In this document: positions 29,062 through 38,618 of the stretch, one piece after another
How the letters are laid out: each line of letters opens with the position of its first letter
How positions within the stretch are numbered: position 1 is the first letter of the stretch
From: an uncultured Chloroflexia bacterium
GTDB taxonomy: Bacteria > Chloroflexota > Limnocylindria > Limnocylindrales > CSP1-4
Length of the DNA: 64,000 bases
NCBI GenBank assembly: GCA_963720755.1
Contig: CAVRGP010000015.1
Coordinates: 320,001-384,000 of the forward strand
Direction: 5' to 3'
Translations under genes and position numbers: made by a program
The notes under the pieces: model-generated
Told to the model about the DNA's origin: nothing
Seen by the model: the letters and a program-made list of their open reading frames with translations, nothing else
Database searches by the model: none

Positions 29062-30831
29062 CTACCCGTCCCGGCGGACTTGCAGGTGGCGACCCCGGAT
29101 CGTGGCCCCGGCCAGGGCTCGCCCGATGTCATCGGCCACGGCGGCCTGGACGTCGACCAGCGAGAACGCATCGCTGATCTGGATGGCCCCGACCGCACTG
29201 CCGGGGACGCCGGCCTCGTTGGTGATGGCACCGACGAGATCGCTCGGGCGGATCCCCGCACGGCGGCCACCGCCGACGAAGAGTCGGACCCACGGACCAT
29301 TGGAGCCGGGCCGGTCCGTGCTGCGCCCGGCTCCTCCACCTGGGCCGGGCGGTGGGCCACCGGGTCGGACGCCGCGAGGCCCTGGACCGCGACGGACCCC
29401 GGCGCTGCGCGGTGGCGGCCCAGCGACGAGCGGCGGCGACGACAGCTCGCGCTCATCGGCGTCGGCCGCTGTCGAGCCCTCGATGAGGCTGACGGCCGCG
29501 AGCGCGATGTCGACCAGGTCGAATTCGTCGGTCAGCGGTTCGACGACCCCGCGGAACCGGTCGAGGCCATCACCGAGGAGCGCCTCGCGCAGGTTCGCCC
29601 GGAGTATCTCGGTCCGCCGTTCGCGCAGGTCGGCGACCGTGGGCAGGTGGGCGATGCTGAGCTTCGTGTGGGTGGCGGTCTCGATATTCCGGAGCATCCG
29701 GTGCTCGCGTGGCTCGACGAGCGTGATCGCCATGCCCTCGCGGCCGGCGCGACCCGTCCGTCCGATCCGGTGGACATAGGCGTCGGGGTTCGACGGGACA
29801 TCGAAGTTGACGACGTGTGAAACGTGATCGATATCGAGCCCACGAGCAGCCACATCGGTCGCGACCAGGACGTCGAGCGAGCCGTCGCGGAACCGGCCCA
29901 TGATCCGGTCGCGGCCCTCCTGGGTCAGTCCACCGTGGAGCGCGCCTGCGTCATGGCCACGTGCGCTGAGGGCCTCGGCAAGGTCGTCGACCTCGCCACG
30001 GGTCCGCGCGAAGACGAGTGCGGAGGTCGGGTCCTCGACGTCGAGGATGCGGCAGAGGGCGGCCAGCTTGTCGGTCCGTCGGACGACGTAGGCGACCTGC
30101 CGGACGAGCGCCGTGCCGTCCGGGCTCGATTTCTCCGCGTGGACCTGGATCCGGACCGGTTCGCGCAGGTGCCGCTTCGCGATCCGGGTGATGGTCGGCG
30201 AGATGGTGGCCGAGAAGAGGGCCGTCTGGCGAGTCGCCGGGGTCGCGCCGAGGATGGTCTCGAGATCCTCGGCGAAGCCCATGTCGAGCATCTCATCGGC
30301 CTCGTCGAGGATGGCGATGGCGACGTTGTCGAAGTGGAGGCTGCCGCGCTTGAGGTGATCCACCGCGCGGCCGGGTGTGGCGACCACGATGTCGACCCCG
30401 GAACGGAGACCCCGCAGCTGCTGGCTGATCGGTTGTCCGCCATAGACGGGCAGGATCCGCGCCCCGAGGGCCCGGCCGTACTTGCTGAGCGCCTCCGCGA
30501 CCTGCATGGCAAGCTCTCGCGTCGGGACGAGGATCAGGGCCGAGGTGGAACCAGGCGCGGCCGATCCGATCGCGATCCGCTGGAGCGTCGGCAGGGCGAA
30601 CGCGGCTGTCTTCCCCGTGCCGGTCGGTGCCTCGGCGAGCAGATCCTGCCCAGCCAGGAGCGGTGGGATCGCTTCGCGCTGGATGGGTGTCGGCTCCTCG
30701 TATCCCAGCGCGGTCAGCGTCGCGAGGAAGCGCTCGTCCAGGCCGAGGCCCGAGAACCCGTCCGAGCCGGTGGACCGGACGAGCTGGTCCTGCTCGGGAA
30801 CGGGGATGGGGACGGTCGGCTTGCGTGGCAT
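29062..30831 (-). CDS. deaD: DEAD-box RNA helicase DeaD/CsdA with DbpA RNA-binding domain
   Basis: Q motif PTPIQ, PTGTGKT, PTRELA, DEAD, SAT, HRIGRTGRAG; C-terminal IRPSDLVGAI. Confidence 0.93.
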   Translation of the reverse strand: MPRKPTVPIPVPEQDQLVRSTGSDGFSGLGLDERFLATLTALGYEEPTPIQREAIPPLLAGQDLLAEAPTGTGKTAAFALPTLQRIAIGSAAPGSTSALILVPTRELAMQVAEALSKYGRALGARILPVYGGQPISQQLRGLRSGVDIVVATPGRAVDHLKRGSLHFDNVAIAILDEADEMLDMGFAEDLETILGATPATRQTALFSATISPTITRIAKRHLREPVRIQVHAEKSSPDGTALVRQVAYVVRRTDKLAALCRILDVEDPTSALVFARTRGEVDDLAEALSARGHDAGALHGGLTQEGRDRIMGRFRDGSLDVLVATDVAARGLDIDHVSHVVNFDVPSNPDAYVHRIGRTGRAGREGMAITLVEPREHRMLRNIETATHTKLSIAHLPTVADLRERRTEILRANLREALLGDGLDRFRGVVEPLTDEFDLVDIALAAVSLIEGSTAADADERELSSPPLVAGPPPRSAGVRRGPGPRGVRPGGPPPGPGGGAGRSTDRPGSNGPWVRLFVGGGRRAGIRPSDLVGAITNEAGVPGSAVGAIQISDAFSLVDVQAAVADDIGRALAGATIRGRHLQVRRDG

Positions 30832-30857
30832 CCTGGGATTGTCGTCCAGTCGCGCGG

Positions 30858-31172
30858 TCAGTGCGACGCTGCGAGCAGCTCCAGGTCGATGGTCCTGACC
30901 TGCCGGGTCCGACCCAGCTTCGTTCGGACCGTGGCGGCCGGGATGACCGTCGTGGCGAATCGCTCGATCACGGCTTCCTCGCCCGCGTACAGTCCGGTGC
31001 CCATGATCCTGACCCGGGCTCCGACGCCGAGGTCCTTGCGGCCGCCGATGGCGGTCACGTCGATCGTGGCGAGGTTCGGGCGGACGGTCGTGGCGTCGGG
31101 CCCGGCGCCGACGCGTGGAAGCCCCTTCGTATGTGTCTTGGCGACCGGGTAGGTGACCTTCCGCCGCTTCAC
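30858..31172 (-). CDS. Small hypothetical protein, possible SH3/KOW-like fold
   Basis: GTGA-coupled to the upstream ORF; LGVGARVRIMGTGLYAGEEAVIE resembles KOW; start uncertain. Confidence 0.55.
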   Translation of the reverse strand: MKRRKVTYPVAKTHTKGLPRVGAGPDATTVRPNLATIDVTAIGGRKDLGVGARVRIMGTGLYAGEEAVIERFATTVIPAATVRTKLGRTRQVRTIDLELLAASH

Positions 31173-31456
31173 GCGGCAGCTTCGTTGCCGTCACGGCCGC
31201 CGCCGAGACCTCCGGCCAGGGCGGATGTGCCATTGACCGCCGACCAGGCGGTCACCGCGTCGGCCAGGGCCACCGAATCCGGACGGACCGCGAGGCGATC
31301 GTCCGTGCCGCGGATGCCCGTACCGAGCTCGGCCAGGCGGCCGCGGTAGGCAGGCTTGTCGCCGTTCGTTCGGGGAGACGCCGGGTAGACGTCGAAGTAT
31401 CCGTCGGTGGAGACGACGATCAGCGCTTCACGCGCCGAGAAGGAGGTTCGAGCCAA
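31169..31456 (-). CDS. Small hypothetical protein
   Basis: TTG start (MARTSFSAREALIVVSTDGYFDVYP...), stop overlapping the next start. Confidence 0.55.
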   Translation of the reverse strand: MARTSFSAREALIVVSTDGYFDVYPASPRTNGDKPAYRGRLAELGTGIRGTDDRLAVRPDSVALADAVTAWSAVNGTSALAGGLGGGRDGNEAAA

Positions 31457-31461
31457 GATGG

Positions 31462-31603
31462 GATCCGATCTTTCGCGCGCTGCGGACCGACGAGGTGCAG
31501 GCCCGGCGCCAGCGAATGCCACCCCACCATGGCGCCGTGGCCGAGATCCGTCAACCGCACCTGCGGTCTGTGGTCCGCATCGGTTCCGCGCATAGCTCGG
31601 ATC
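31462..31603. other. 142-nt nested inverted repeat (long rod-like hairpin)
   Basis: Nested stems GATCCGA/TCGGATC, GCGCG/CGCGC, TGCGGACC/GGTCCGCA, AGGTGC/GCACCT, CGGCGCCA/TGGCGCCG. Confidence 0.6.
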
Positions 31604-32243
31604 AAGCGCCGCAGGTCGCGTCAAGGGACGCGGCGACTTGCTGGCCGGTCAGCGTCCCACCGACGGCCTCGACAAGATCGCCGTCGAACGTGACGTGGTC
31701 CCCTTGGACCGTGATCCGTTGGCTGTCTGAGTCGCGATGCCATTCTGTGTTCGGCTCCCCGCTCGGGACGTAAACAAGCTCATGGGTGTCAATGGCCCCG
31801 TGCTCGACGATGCCGATCCCGACCGTGTCAGGCCCTCCGCTGCCCGAGCGCTGACCCAAGGCGGCAAACCTCGTGCCATCGTGCCCGAAGGCTCGGGCAG
31901 CATCGTCGCCGGTGAAACAGGCGAAGAAATCGAACACGAAGGGTTCGCCGCCAAACGTTAGCGTCGCGCTGCCGCCGCACGATGTAAACGCGTCAAGTGA
32001 GCATTCGAAGGCCGCGTCCTGCCCACCAGCCTCGGTCTGCTCGGCCGTCGGCGCGGCCGGCTCAGCTGCGGTCGGCGCGGCCGGCGTCGGATCCACTGCA
32101 GGGTTGGACGTCGCCGTCGATGCGGCGTCCGCCGTTGTGGCGGCTCCGCCGCCGCAGGCGCTGATCGAGATGACGACGGCCAGAGCCAGCGCGGCTGCCC
32201 CGGGACGATGGCTCCCTGATCCTGCTGGCGCGTACCACGACAT
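31602..32243 (-). CDS. Hypothetical lipoprotein
   Basis: GGAGGTG RBS; lipobox ISAC; Ala/Pro/Thr linker. Confidence 0.7.
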   Translation of the reverse strand: MSWYAPAGSGSHRPGAAALALAVVISISACGGGAATTADAASTATSNPAVDPTPAAPTAAEPAAPTAEQTEAGGQDAAFECSLDAFTSCGGSATLTFGGEPFVFDFFACFTGDDAARAFGHDGTRFAALGQRSGSGGPDTVGIGIVEHGAIDTHELVYVPSGEPNTEWHRDSDSQRITVQGDHVTFDGDLVEAVGGTLTGQQVAASLDATCGA

Positions 32244-32300
32244 GATCTCACCTCCCCGATTTACCGTAGCCGGGGGCGTCAACCCCGCCAAGGACGCTGA

Positions 32301-33791
32301 CTAGCCAGCGTCCTTCTTCTGCGTCTCGGATAGCCGCCGCCGTTGCTCCATGCTGGCCTTCATGCCGTCGCCCATCGAAGCCATCGGGTGGTTCGCGCGT
32401 TGCTTGCGCTTCGGCCGTTCCGCACGGGCATGGGCGCGAGCCTCCATCCGTGCGGCGATGGTTGCCTCGTATCCCTGATCGCCGGGGACGTAGTAGCGCT
32501 GGCTGACCAGCTCGTCGGGGAGGTACTGCTGCGCGATGTCGTCGCCCTCGAAGTCGTGCGGGAACTTGTACCCGACGCCGATGCCGTGCGCCTTCATCCT
32601 CCGGTCGCCCGCACTGCGCAAGTGGTTCGGCACGGGGAGGGATCCCTGCTTCAGGACGTCCGCCATCGCGGCGCCGTACGCTCGGCCGACCGAGTCGGAC
32701 TTCGGGGCGGACGAGACATAGACGGTCGCCTGCGCGAGCGCGTATTGAGCCTCTGGGAGTCCGATCCAGTCGAGCGCCTGACCGGCCGCGACCGCGACCG
32801 AGAGCGCCCTCGGGTCGGCGTTCCCGACATCCTCGGAGGCGCTGATGATCAGGCGGCGGGCGATGAACTTCGGATCCTCGCCGGCAGCGATCATCGCCGC
32901 CAGCCAGTACAGCGCGGCATCCGGATCGTTGCCGCGAAGGCTCTTGATGAATGCGGAGACGGTGTCGTAGTGCCCGTCCCCGGCGCGGTCATAGGCGAGG
33001 ACCCGTTGCTGGGCGGCCGCCTCGACGTCCTCGAGGCGGGGGGTCACCTGGCCTGAAGCATCCCGAACCCCCTCATCCTCGGCCAGGGCCGTCGCGCCCT
33101 CGAGGACGTTCAGGGCGGATCGGGCGTCGCCACCGGCGAGAGAGACGAGGTGGTCGAAGGCTGCCTCTGACAGGGCCACGCCACCGGCAGGACCGAGCGG
33201 CCCGGCGAGTCCCTGTTCGGGGTCCGCGAGCGTTCGACGGACGACCGCCGCGACTTCGTCATCGGTGAGCGCCTCGAGCCGCCACACGCGCATCCGGGAG
33301 AGGAGCGCGGCATTGACCTCGAAGTATGGATTCTCTGTCGTGGCGCCGATGAGCGTGATCGTGCCGTCCTCGACGTGCGGAAGGAGCGCATCCTGCTGGG
33401 CCTTGTTGAAGCGGTGGATCTCGTCGAGGAAGAGGACGCTGCGGACGCCGTGCAGGTCCAGGCGTTCCTGGGCCTCGGCGATCGTGGCCCGGACTTCGGC
33501 GACCCCGGACATGACCGCCGACAGGGTGGTGAAGTGGGCTCCGACCTCGGTGGCCAGCAGTCGGGCGAGGCTCGTCTTGCCCGTCCCCGGCGGACCCCAC
33601 AGGAGGAGTGATGCGAGGTGGCCGCGGGCCAGGCTTCGACGAAGCGGCCCGCGATCGCCGACCAGGTGCGTCTGGCCGACGAATTCGTCGAGGGTCCGGG
33701 GTCGCATCCGGGCCGCCAGCGGTTGTCGCTCCGGCGGCGGCTTGAAGAGGGCTTCGGGACGGGCTCCGGTCGGTCGCCGGGCGGATGGCAT
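32301..33791 (-). CDS. rarA: Replication-associated recombination protein RarA/MgsA
   Basis: [49 protein letters not shown]. Confidence 0.95.
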   Translation of the reverse strand: MPSARRPTGARPEALFKPPPERQPLAARMRPRTLDEFVGQTHLVGDRGPLRRSLARGHLASLLLWGPPGTGKTSLARLLATEVGAHFTTLSAVMSGVAEVRATIAEAQERLDLHGVRSVLFLDEIHRFNKAQQDALLPHVEDGTITLIGATTENPYFEVNAALLSRMRVWRLEALTDDEVAAVVRRTLADPEQGLAGPLGPAGGVALSEAAFDHLVSLAGGDARSALNVLEGATALAEDEGVRDASGQVTPRLEDVEAAAQQRVLAYDRAGDGHYDTVSAFIKSLRGNDPDAALYWLAAMIAAGEDPKFIARRLIISASEDVGNADPRALSVAVAAGQALDWIGLPEAQYALAQATVYVSSAPKSDSVGRAYGAAMADVLKQGSLPVPNHLRSAGDRRMKAHGIGVGYKFPHDFEGDDIAQQYLPDELVSQRYYVPGDQGYEATIAARMEARAHARAERPKRKQRANHPMASMGDGMKASMEQRRRLSETQKKDAG

Positions 33792-33815
33792 CATCCGATG
33801 GTAGCGACCGATCGA

Positions 33816-34208
33816 TCAGATGGCGATGGGCCCGACGAGCTGCAGGATCACCCACAGGCCGGCCAGGATCGCAAAGAGCGATCCACCGACGATGGCGATG
33901 CGCCGGACATCCCGAGCAACGTAGGCGTATTCATCGGCCGCCGCCACTTCGAGGCTCGAGGTCGCGCGCGGGGTCGGGGTCGAGCGGGCGGCCGAGCGGG
34001 TCCGGCGGTCCTGTTCCTCTGCCTGGCGTTCATCGGCGACGATCGACGCCTCGAGCTCGGCAGCGCGTGCTTCTTCCTGCGGCGTCAGGCCGGTCGGGCG
34101 GGCCTCCGGTGGCGTCGCGGCCACGGCTCTGGCCGGGCGCGCGGGACGACGCTGGAGCGGCGGACGCTGTCCGGGTCGGGACGTCGTGCCCCGGGATCGC
34201 TTGGCCAT
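33816..34208 (-). CDS. Small protein with basic N-terminus and C-terminal TM anchor
   Basis: GGAGG RBS; MAKRSRG...; YAYVARDVRRIAI followed by a TM. Confidence 0.7.
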   Translation of the reverse strand: MAKRSRGTTSRPGQRPPLQRRPARPARAVAATPPEARPTGLTPQEEARAAELEASIVADERQAEEQDRRTRSAARSTPTPRATSSLEVAAADEYAYVARDVRRIAIVGGSLFAILAGLWVILQLVGPIAI

Positions 34209-34396
34209 GGTCTGGGGAGGGCCTCCGTAGTGGATCGGGTGGGTCCCGCGACGGGCGAGTCGGCTCGGCCGCGTCGGGTCACCGACGGCAGAGGATAGCA
34301 TCCCGCCCGGTGCGGTCGTGAAAAGTCGGCCCTGCTAGACTCTGGCCCGCTCCCGCCACGGCCCCGGAGGAAACGGCGATCGACGTCGATACGCTC

Positions 34397-34870
34397 ATGC
34401 GATCCGATACCGGCCCGATCGTCGTCGCCCTGACGATCGCGGTCATCATCCTCCTGGTCGCGGTCGGGCTGATGGCTCGCCGTCTCCGGAAGGTCGAGAC
34501 CCGGCTCACCGGTCTGACCCGCGGATCGGATGGGGACAGCCTGGAGGCCGTCCTCGAAGCCCATCTCGACAAGGTCTACGCTGTCGCCCGCGAGCTCGAT
34601 GAGGTCGCCGCACGGACCGCGATCCTGGAGGGTGCCCAGCGCCGGTCCTTCCAGCGCGTCGGACTGGTTCGCTACAACCCGTTCGAGGAGACGGGCGGCA
34701 ACCAGAGCTTTGCCCTGGCGTTGCTCGATGCGGCCGGGGATGGCTGGGTCCTGTCTTCCCTGCACGCCCGGTCGGGCACGCGGGTCTATGCAAAGGCGAT
34801 CCAGGCGGGTCGCGCCGACGCTGGCGTCTCCGATGAGGAAGCCGCCGCGATCAGACAGGCGATGGCCTGA
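34397..34870 (+). CDS. DUF4446 family protein
   Basis: N-terminal TM, coiled coil, VGLVRYNPFEETGGNQSFALALLD, RVYAK. True start may be ATC 34379. Confidence 0.85.
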   Translation: MRSDTGPIVVALTIAVIILLVAVGLMARRLRKVETRLTGLTRGSDGDSLEAVLEAHLDKVYAVARELDEVAARTAILEGAQRRSFQRVGLVRYNPFEETGGNQSFALALLDAAGDGWVLSSLHARSGTRVYAKAIQAGRADAGVSDEEAAAIRQAMA

Positions 34871-35024
34871 CAGGCTAGCTGTCACGGCCGGTGGCGACGC
34901 TGCGCACATGGCCCCCACGAAACCCACCGAAGGCGCCCTGCTCGATCCCCGCCCCCGGGTGCGACGCCGACGCGAGCCCCGACAACTCGACCAGATCCCG
35001 GCCTGGAGCGAATACGTCCCGGTC

Positions 35025-38000
35025 ATGGACCTGCCAGCCGGCGGCGATCTGCCGGCCGGGCTGGATGGACTGCTCGGCGGGCTCGACCCGGATCAGCGCC
35101 GGGCGGTCACCCACGGCGACGGCCCATTACTGGTGGTGGCCGGTGCCGGGACCGGCAAGACCCAGGTCATCACCCGGCGGATCGCCTGGCTCATCGCCAC
35201 TCGGCGAGCGAAGCCGTCGGAGATCCTGGCCCTGACCTTCACGGACAAGGCCGCCGCGGAGATGGCGGTCCGGGTGGACCAGCTGGTCCCGTATGGCTAT
35301 ACGGACACGGCGATCTCCACGTTCCACGCCTTCGGCGATCGTCTCATCCGCGAGTACGCGCTCGAACTTGGGCTGCCGACCGATGTTCGGGTCCTGACCC
35401 GGGCGGAAGTCGTCATCTTTCTGCGCGAGCACCTGTTCGAGTTCGACCTCGACGCCTACCGGCCGCTCGGCGACCCAACGAGGTTCTTGTCAGCCCTCGC
35501 GACGCTGTTCAGCCGGTGCAAGGATGAGGACATCTCGCCAGCGGACTATCTCGCTCACGCAGATCGTGTGGCGAGCGAGGCGCGTACCCTGGCGGCGACC
35601 GTTGGCGGCGATCCGGCCGACGCGTCGGAGGCGCCACCGGACGTCGTCGAAGCCGCCGCGGAGAACGCCCGGCAACAGTCCGAACTCGCTCGCGCGTTCG
35701 CGACCTACGAGAGGCTCCTGGCCGCCAATGGCTGCATCGATTTCGGTGACCAGGTCTCGCTCGCGCTACGCTTGGTCCGGACCTCCGCGGCTGCGCGCGC
35801 CGAGATCGCCGGGCGGTTCCGCTACCTCCTGGTCGATGAGTTCCAGGACACCAACCGCGCGCAGGCGGACTTCGTCTCGATCCTGGCCGACGGACATCGG
35901 AACGTCACGGTCGTCGGGGACGACGACCAGGCGATCTACGCGTTCCGGGGCGCGGCGGTCGACAACATCCTGGCCTTCCAGGACCGCTATCCCGGGGCGC
36001 GCACGGTGGTCCTTCGTCGCAACTATCGGTCCCTGGCGCCGGTCCTGGACGCCGCCTACCGGCTGATCCGGTTCAACGACCCGGCGCGCCTCGAGGCCCG
36101 GATCGGGATCGACAAGCGACTGCGCCCGCAGCGTGTCTCGCCGACATCGCCCCCGGTCCGGCTGGAGGTCCATGCCTCGGGCGGAGACGAGGCCGACTGG
36201 ATCGCCGCGGAGATCGGTCGTCGCGTCGAGGCAGGCGCGGCGCCCCGTGACCACGCGATCCTCGTGCGGGCCAACGGCCATGCCGACCCGATCCTGCGGG
36301 CTCTCAACATGGCCGGGATCCCGTGGCGCTTCTCGGGGACCTCCGGTCTGTATGCACGACCGGAGGTGCGATCGCTCCTCGCATTCCTGCGCGTCGTTGC
36401 CGATCTGGAATCGAGCGCGGACCTGTATGCCCTGTGCACGTCCGATGTCTACGGCCTCGGCGGACCGGACCTGACCGTGATCGTAAACCTCGCCAGGCGT
36501 CGCAACCGCTCGATCTGGACGGTCCTGGAGGAGGCCGACCGGCAGCCCGACCTGTTGCGGATCGGGGCGGAGACTCGAGCGTCGGTGCACCGGATCGTGG
36601 CGGACCTCCGTGCGTACGCCGAGGCGGCGCACCAGCAGCCGGCTGGGGTCGTCCTCTACCGGTTTCTGCGTGAAAGCGGCATGCTCGCCGCGCTCGCCGA
36701 GTCGGACACTCCGGCCGCCGAGGAACGCCTCCAGAATATCGCCCGGTTCTTCGAGATCGTCCGCGGCCAGTCCGCCCTGCTCGCCGACGACCGGGCGATC
36801 TTCGTCGCGCAGCATCTGGCCACCCTGATCGAGGCTGGCGACGATCCGGCCACCGCAGAGCTCGATCCGGATGCCGACGCGGTCGCGGTGCTGACCATCC
36901 ACAAAGCCAAGGGCCTGGAATTCCCCGTCGTCTTCCTCCCCGGCCTCGTCACCGGCCAATTCCCGGCGAGCGGGCGGGCGGAGCCGTTGAGCTTGCCCGC
37001 CGATATCGGTCGCGCCGCGTCGACCGTGGGCGGCGATCCGCTGGCGGAGGAGCGGCGGCTGTGCTACGTGGCGATGACCCGGGCTCGGGACGAGCTGATC
37101 CTGTCGCATGCCGTGGACTACGGCGGGTCGAGGGCGAGACGCATCTCGCCGTTCGCCCTCGAGGCGCTCGACCTCCCGGTCGACGCGGCGACGTCAGGTG
37201 TGCCGACTCGTTCGTCGACGCCGCGCGATCGGCTCGCGACGTTCGCGGCGGTCGTCGCGCCCGAACCGGTCGCGGCCGGACCGATCACCGAACCGCTGTC
37301 CCTGAGCTATTACCAGATCGACGACTATCTGACGTGCCCGTTGAAGTACAAGTACGCGCACGTCCTCCGGGTGCCTCTCGCCCCACACCATGCGATCGTC
37401 TATGGAGCAGCCCTGCACAAGGCCGTCCAGCTGTTCCACCAGCGCCACGCCAAGGGACAGGTCATGAGTGCCACGGAATTGGAGGAGGCGTTCGAATCGG
37501 CATGGTCGAGCGAAGGCTTCCTCAGCCGGGAACACGAGGACGCCAGGCGAGACGCCGGGCGGATGGCGCTTCGCCGCTTCCGCGAGGCGCAGCTCCAACC
37601 GGAAGCCGTCATCCCGACCTACGTCGAGCGCGAATTCAGCTTCATGCTCGATGGGGATCGGGTCCGGGGCCGCTGGGATCGAGTCGATATCGTCCCGGTC
37701 GACGGCCGCCGGGCTGTCGAGTCGCCGGTGGTCGCGTCGGTCCCCGGCGGTCAGACGCCGGATGTCGTGTCGCCGACCCTGGGCATCCTGGGCCCTGAGC
37801 GGGTCACCATCACCGACTACAAGTCGTCCGATGTCCGGGATCAGGCCAAGGCTCGGTCACGCGCCCGCGAGTCGCTCCAGCTCCAGATCTACGCCATGGG
37901 TTTCGAGGCGATGACCGGCCGGCCGCCCGATGCCGTCGCCCTCCACTTCCTCGGATCGGGGCTGGTCGCGGAGGTACCGGTGGACCCGAAGCGACAGGCG

Positions 38001-38129
38001 AGGGCACGCGCCAGGATGTCGGTCGCTGCCGCAGGGATCCGGGCCCGCGACTACACCCCGAGACCGGACTACCTTGCCTGCTCCTACTGCGCCTATCGGG
38101 AGATCTGCCCGGCGCGGGGTGCACGCTGA
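35025..38129 (+). CDS. UvrD/PcrA-type SF1A helicase fused to PD-(D/E)XK nuclease with Fe-S cysteines
   Basis: AGAGTGKT, DEFQD, NYRS, TIHKAKGLEF, YVAMTRA; CPLKY...GRWDRVD...DYKS...QLQIY...CSYCAYREIC. Confidence 0.9.
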   Translation: MDLPAGGDLPAGLDGLLGGLDPDQRRAVTHGDGPLLVVAGAGTGKTQVITRRIAWLIATRRAKPSEILALTFTDKAAAEMAVRVDQLVPYGYTDTAISTFHAFGDRLIREYALELGLPTDVRVLTRAEVVIFLREHLFEFDLDAYRPLGDPTRFLSALATLFSRCKDEDISPADYLAHADRVASEARTLAATVGGDPADASEAPPDVVEAAAENARQQSELARAFATYERLLAANGCIDFGDQVSLALRLVRTSAAARAEIAGRFRYLLVDEFQDTNRAQADFVSILADGHRNVTVVGDDDQAIYAFRGAAVDNILAFQDRYPGARTVVLRRNYRSLAPVLDAAYRLIRFNDPARLEARIGIDKRLRPQRVSPTSPPVRLEVHASGGDEADWIAAEIGRRVEAGAAPRDHAILVRANGHADPILRALNMAGIPWRFSGTSGLYARPEVRSLLAFLRVVADLESSADLYALCTSDVYGLGGPDLTVIVNLARRRNRSIWTVLEEADRQPDLLRIGAETRASVHRIVADLRAYAEAAHQQPAGVVLYRFLRESGMLAALAESDTPAAEERLQNIARFFEIVRGQSALLADDRAIFVAQHLATLIEAGDDPATAELDPDADAVAVLTIHKAKGLEFPVVFLPGLVTGQFPASGRAEPLSLPADIGRAASTVGGDPLAEERRLCYVAMTRARDELILSHAVDYGGSRARRISPFALEALDLPVDAATSGVPTRSSTPRDRLATFAAVVAPEPVAAGPITEPLSLSYYQIDDYLTCPLKYKYAHVLRVPLAPHHAIVYGAALHKAVQLFHQRHAKGQVMSATELEEAFESAWSSEGFLSREHEDARRDAGRMALRRFREAQLQPEAVIPTYVEREFSFMLDGDRVRGRWDRVDIVPVDGRRAVESPVVASVPGGQTPDVVSPTLGILGPERVTITDYKSSDVRDQAKARSRARESLQLQIYAMGFEAMTGRPPDAVALHFLGSGLVAEVPVDPKRQARARARMSVAAAGIRARDYTPRPDYLACSYCAYREICPARGAR

Positions 38130-38183
38130 CGCCACCCGTGCCCGACACGACGGCCGACCGGCCCGAGGCCCTAGACTCGGTCG

Positions 38184-38558
38184 ATGGACGCCCGAGACCG
38201 GACCGCAAACCTGGCTTTTCTGGCAGCTGCGGTCATCGCCTGGATCGTCGTCGCCTGGGTGGTCACCACGCGTGATCCGATCAGCGATCGGAGTGCCGGG
38301 GTCATCGGCGCCCTGTCGATCGGGCTGGCCGTCACGTTGACACTGACCCCGCTCCTGTGGCTGACCGTGTTCGGGCGGCATCGCCGGATCGCGTATCGAG
38401 GCGATTGGGCCCGGGCCATCCGGCGGTCGGCCTGGGTCGGGATCGTTGTGGCCGTGATGATCGTGCTGCGGATCCAGGGCCTGTTGGAGGTGCCGATCGC
38501 CTTGTTCATGATCGCGCTCGTGATCGTCGCAGAGGCGACCCTGTCCGCCGAGCGCTGA
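38184..38558 (+). CDS. Four-TM hypothetical membrane protein
   Basis: Four hydrophobic segments; TAGACT 6 nt before ATG. Confidence 0.75.
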   Translation: MDARDRTANLAFLAAAVIAWIVVAWVVTTRDPISDRSAGVIGALSIGLAVTLTLTPLLWLTVFGRHRRIAYRGDWARAIRRSAWVGIVVAVMIVLRIQGLLEVPIALFMIALVIVAEATLSAER

Positions 38559-38618
38559 TTCGTCGATCGACCGAACCGCTAGGCTGGCGGGGACCACGCC
38601 GCAGCCCCAGGAGTCCAC

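Noticed and set aside
34870-35024. CCGAAGGCGC upstream of the UvrD fusion, resembling a glycine riboswitch
   Set aside because: No GGAGA or CTCTCAGG partner motifs, and the downstream gene is implausible for glycine control.
34530-35024. Long N-terminal extensions in the ORF track (UvrD 34530, serA 25126, deaD 31233, SBP 160)
   Set aside because: They overlap other genes; RBS, coupling and motif positions support the later starts used here.
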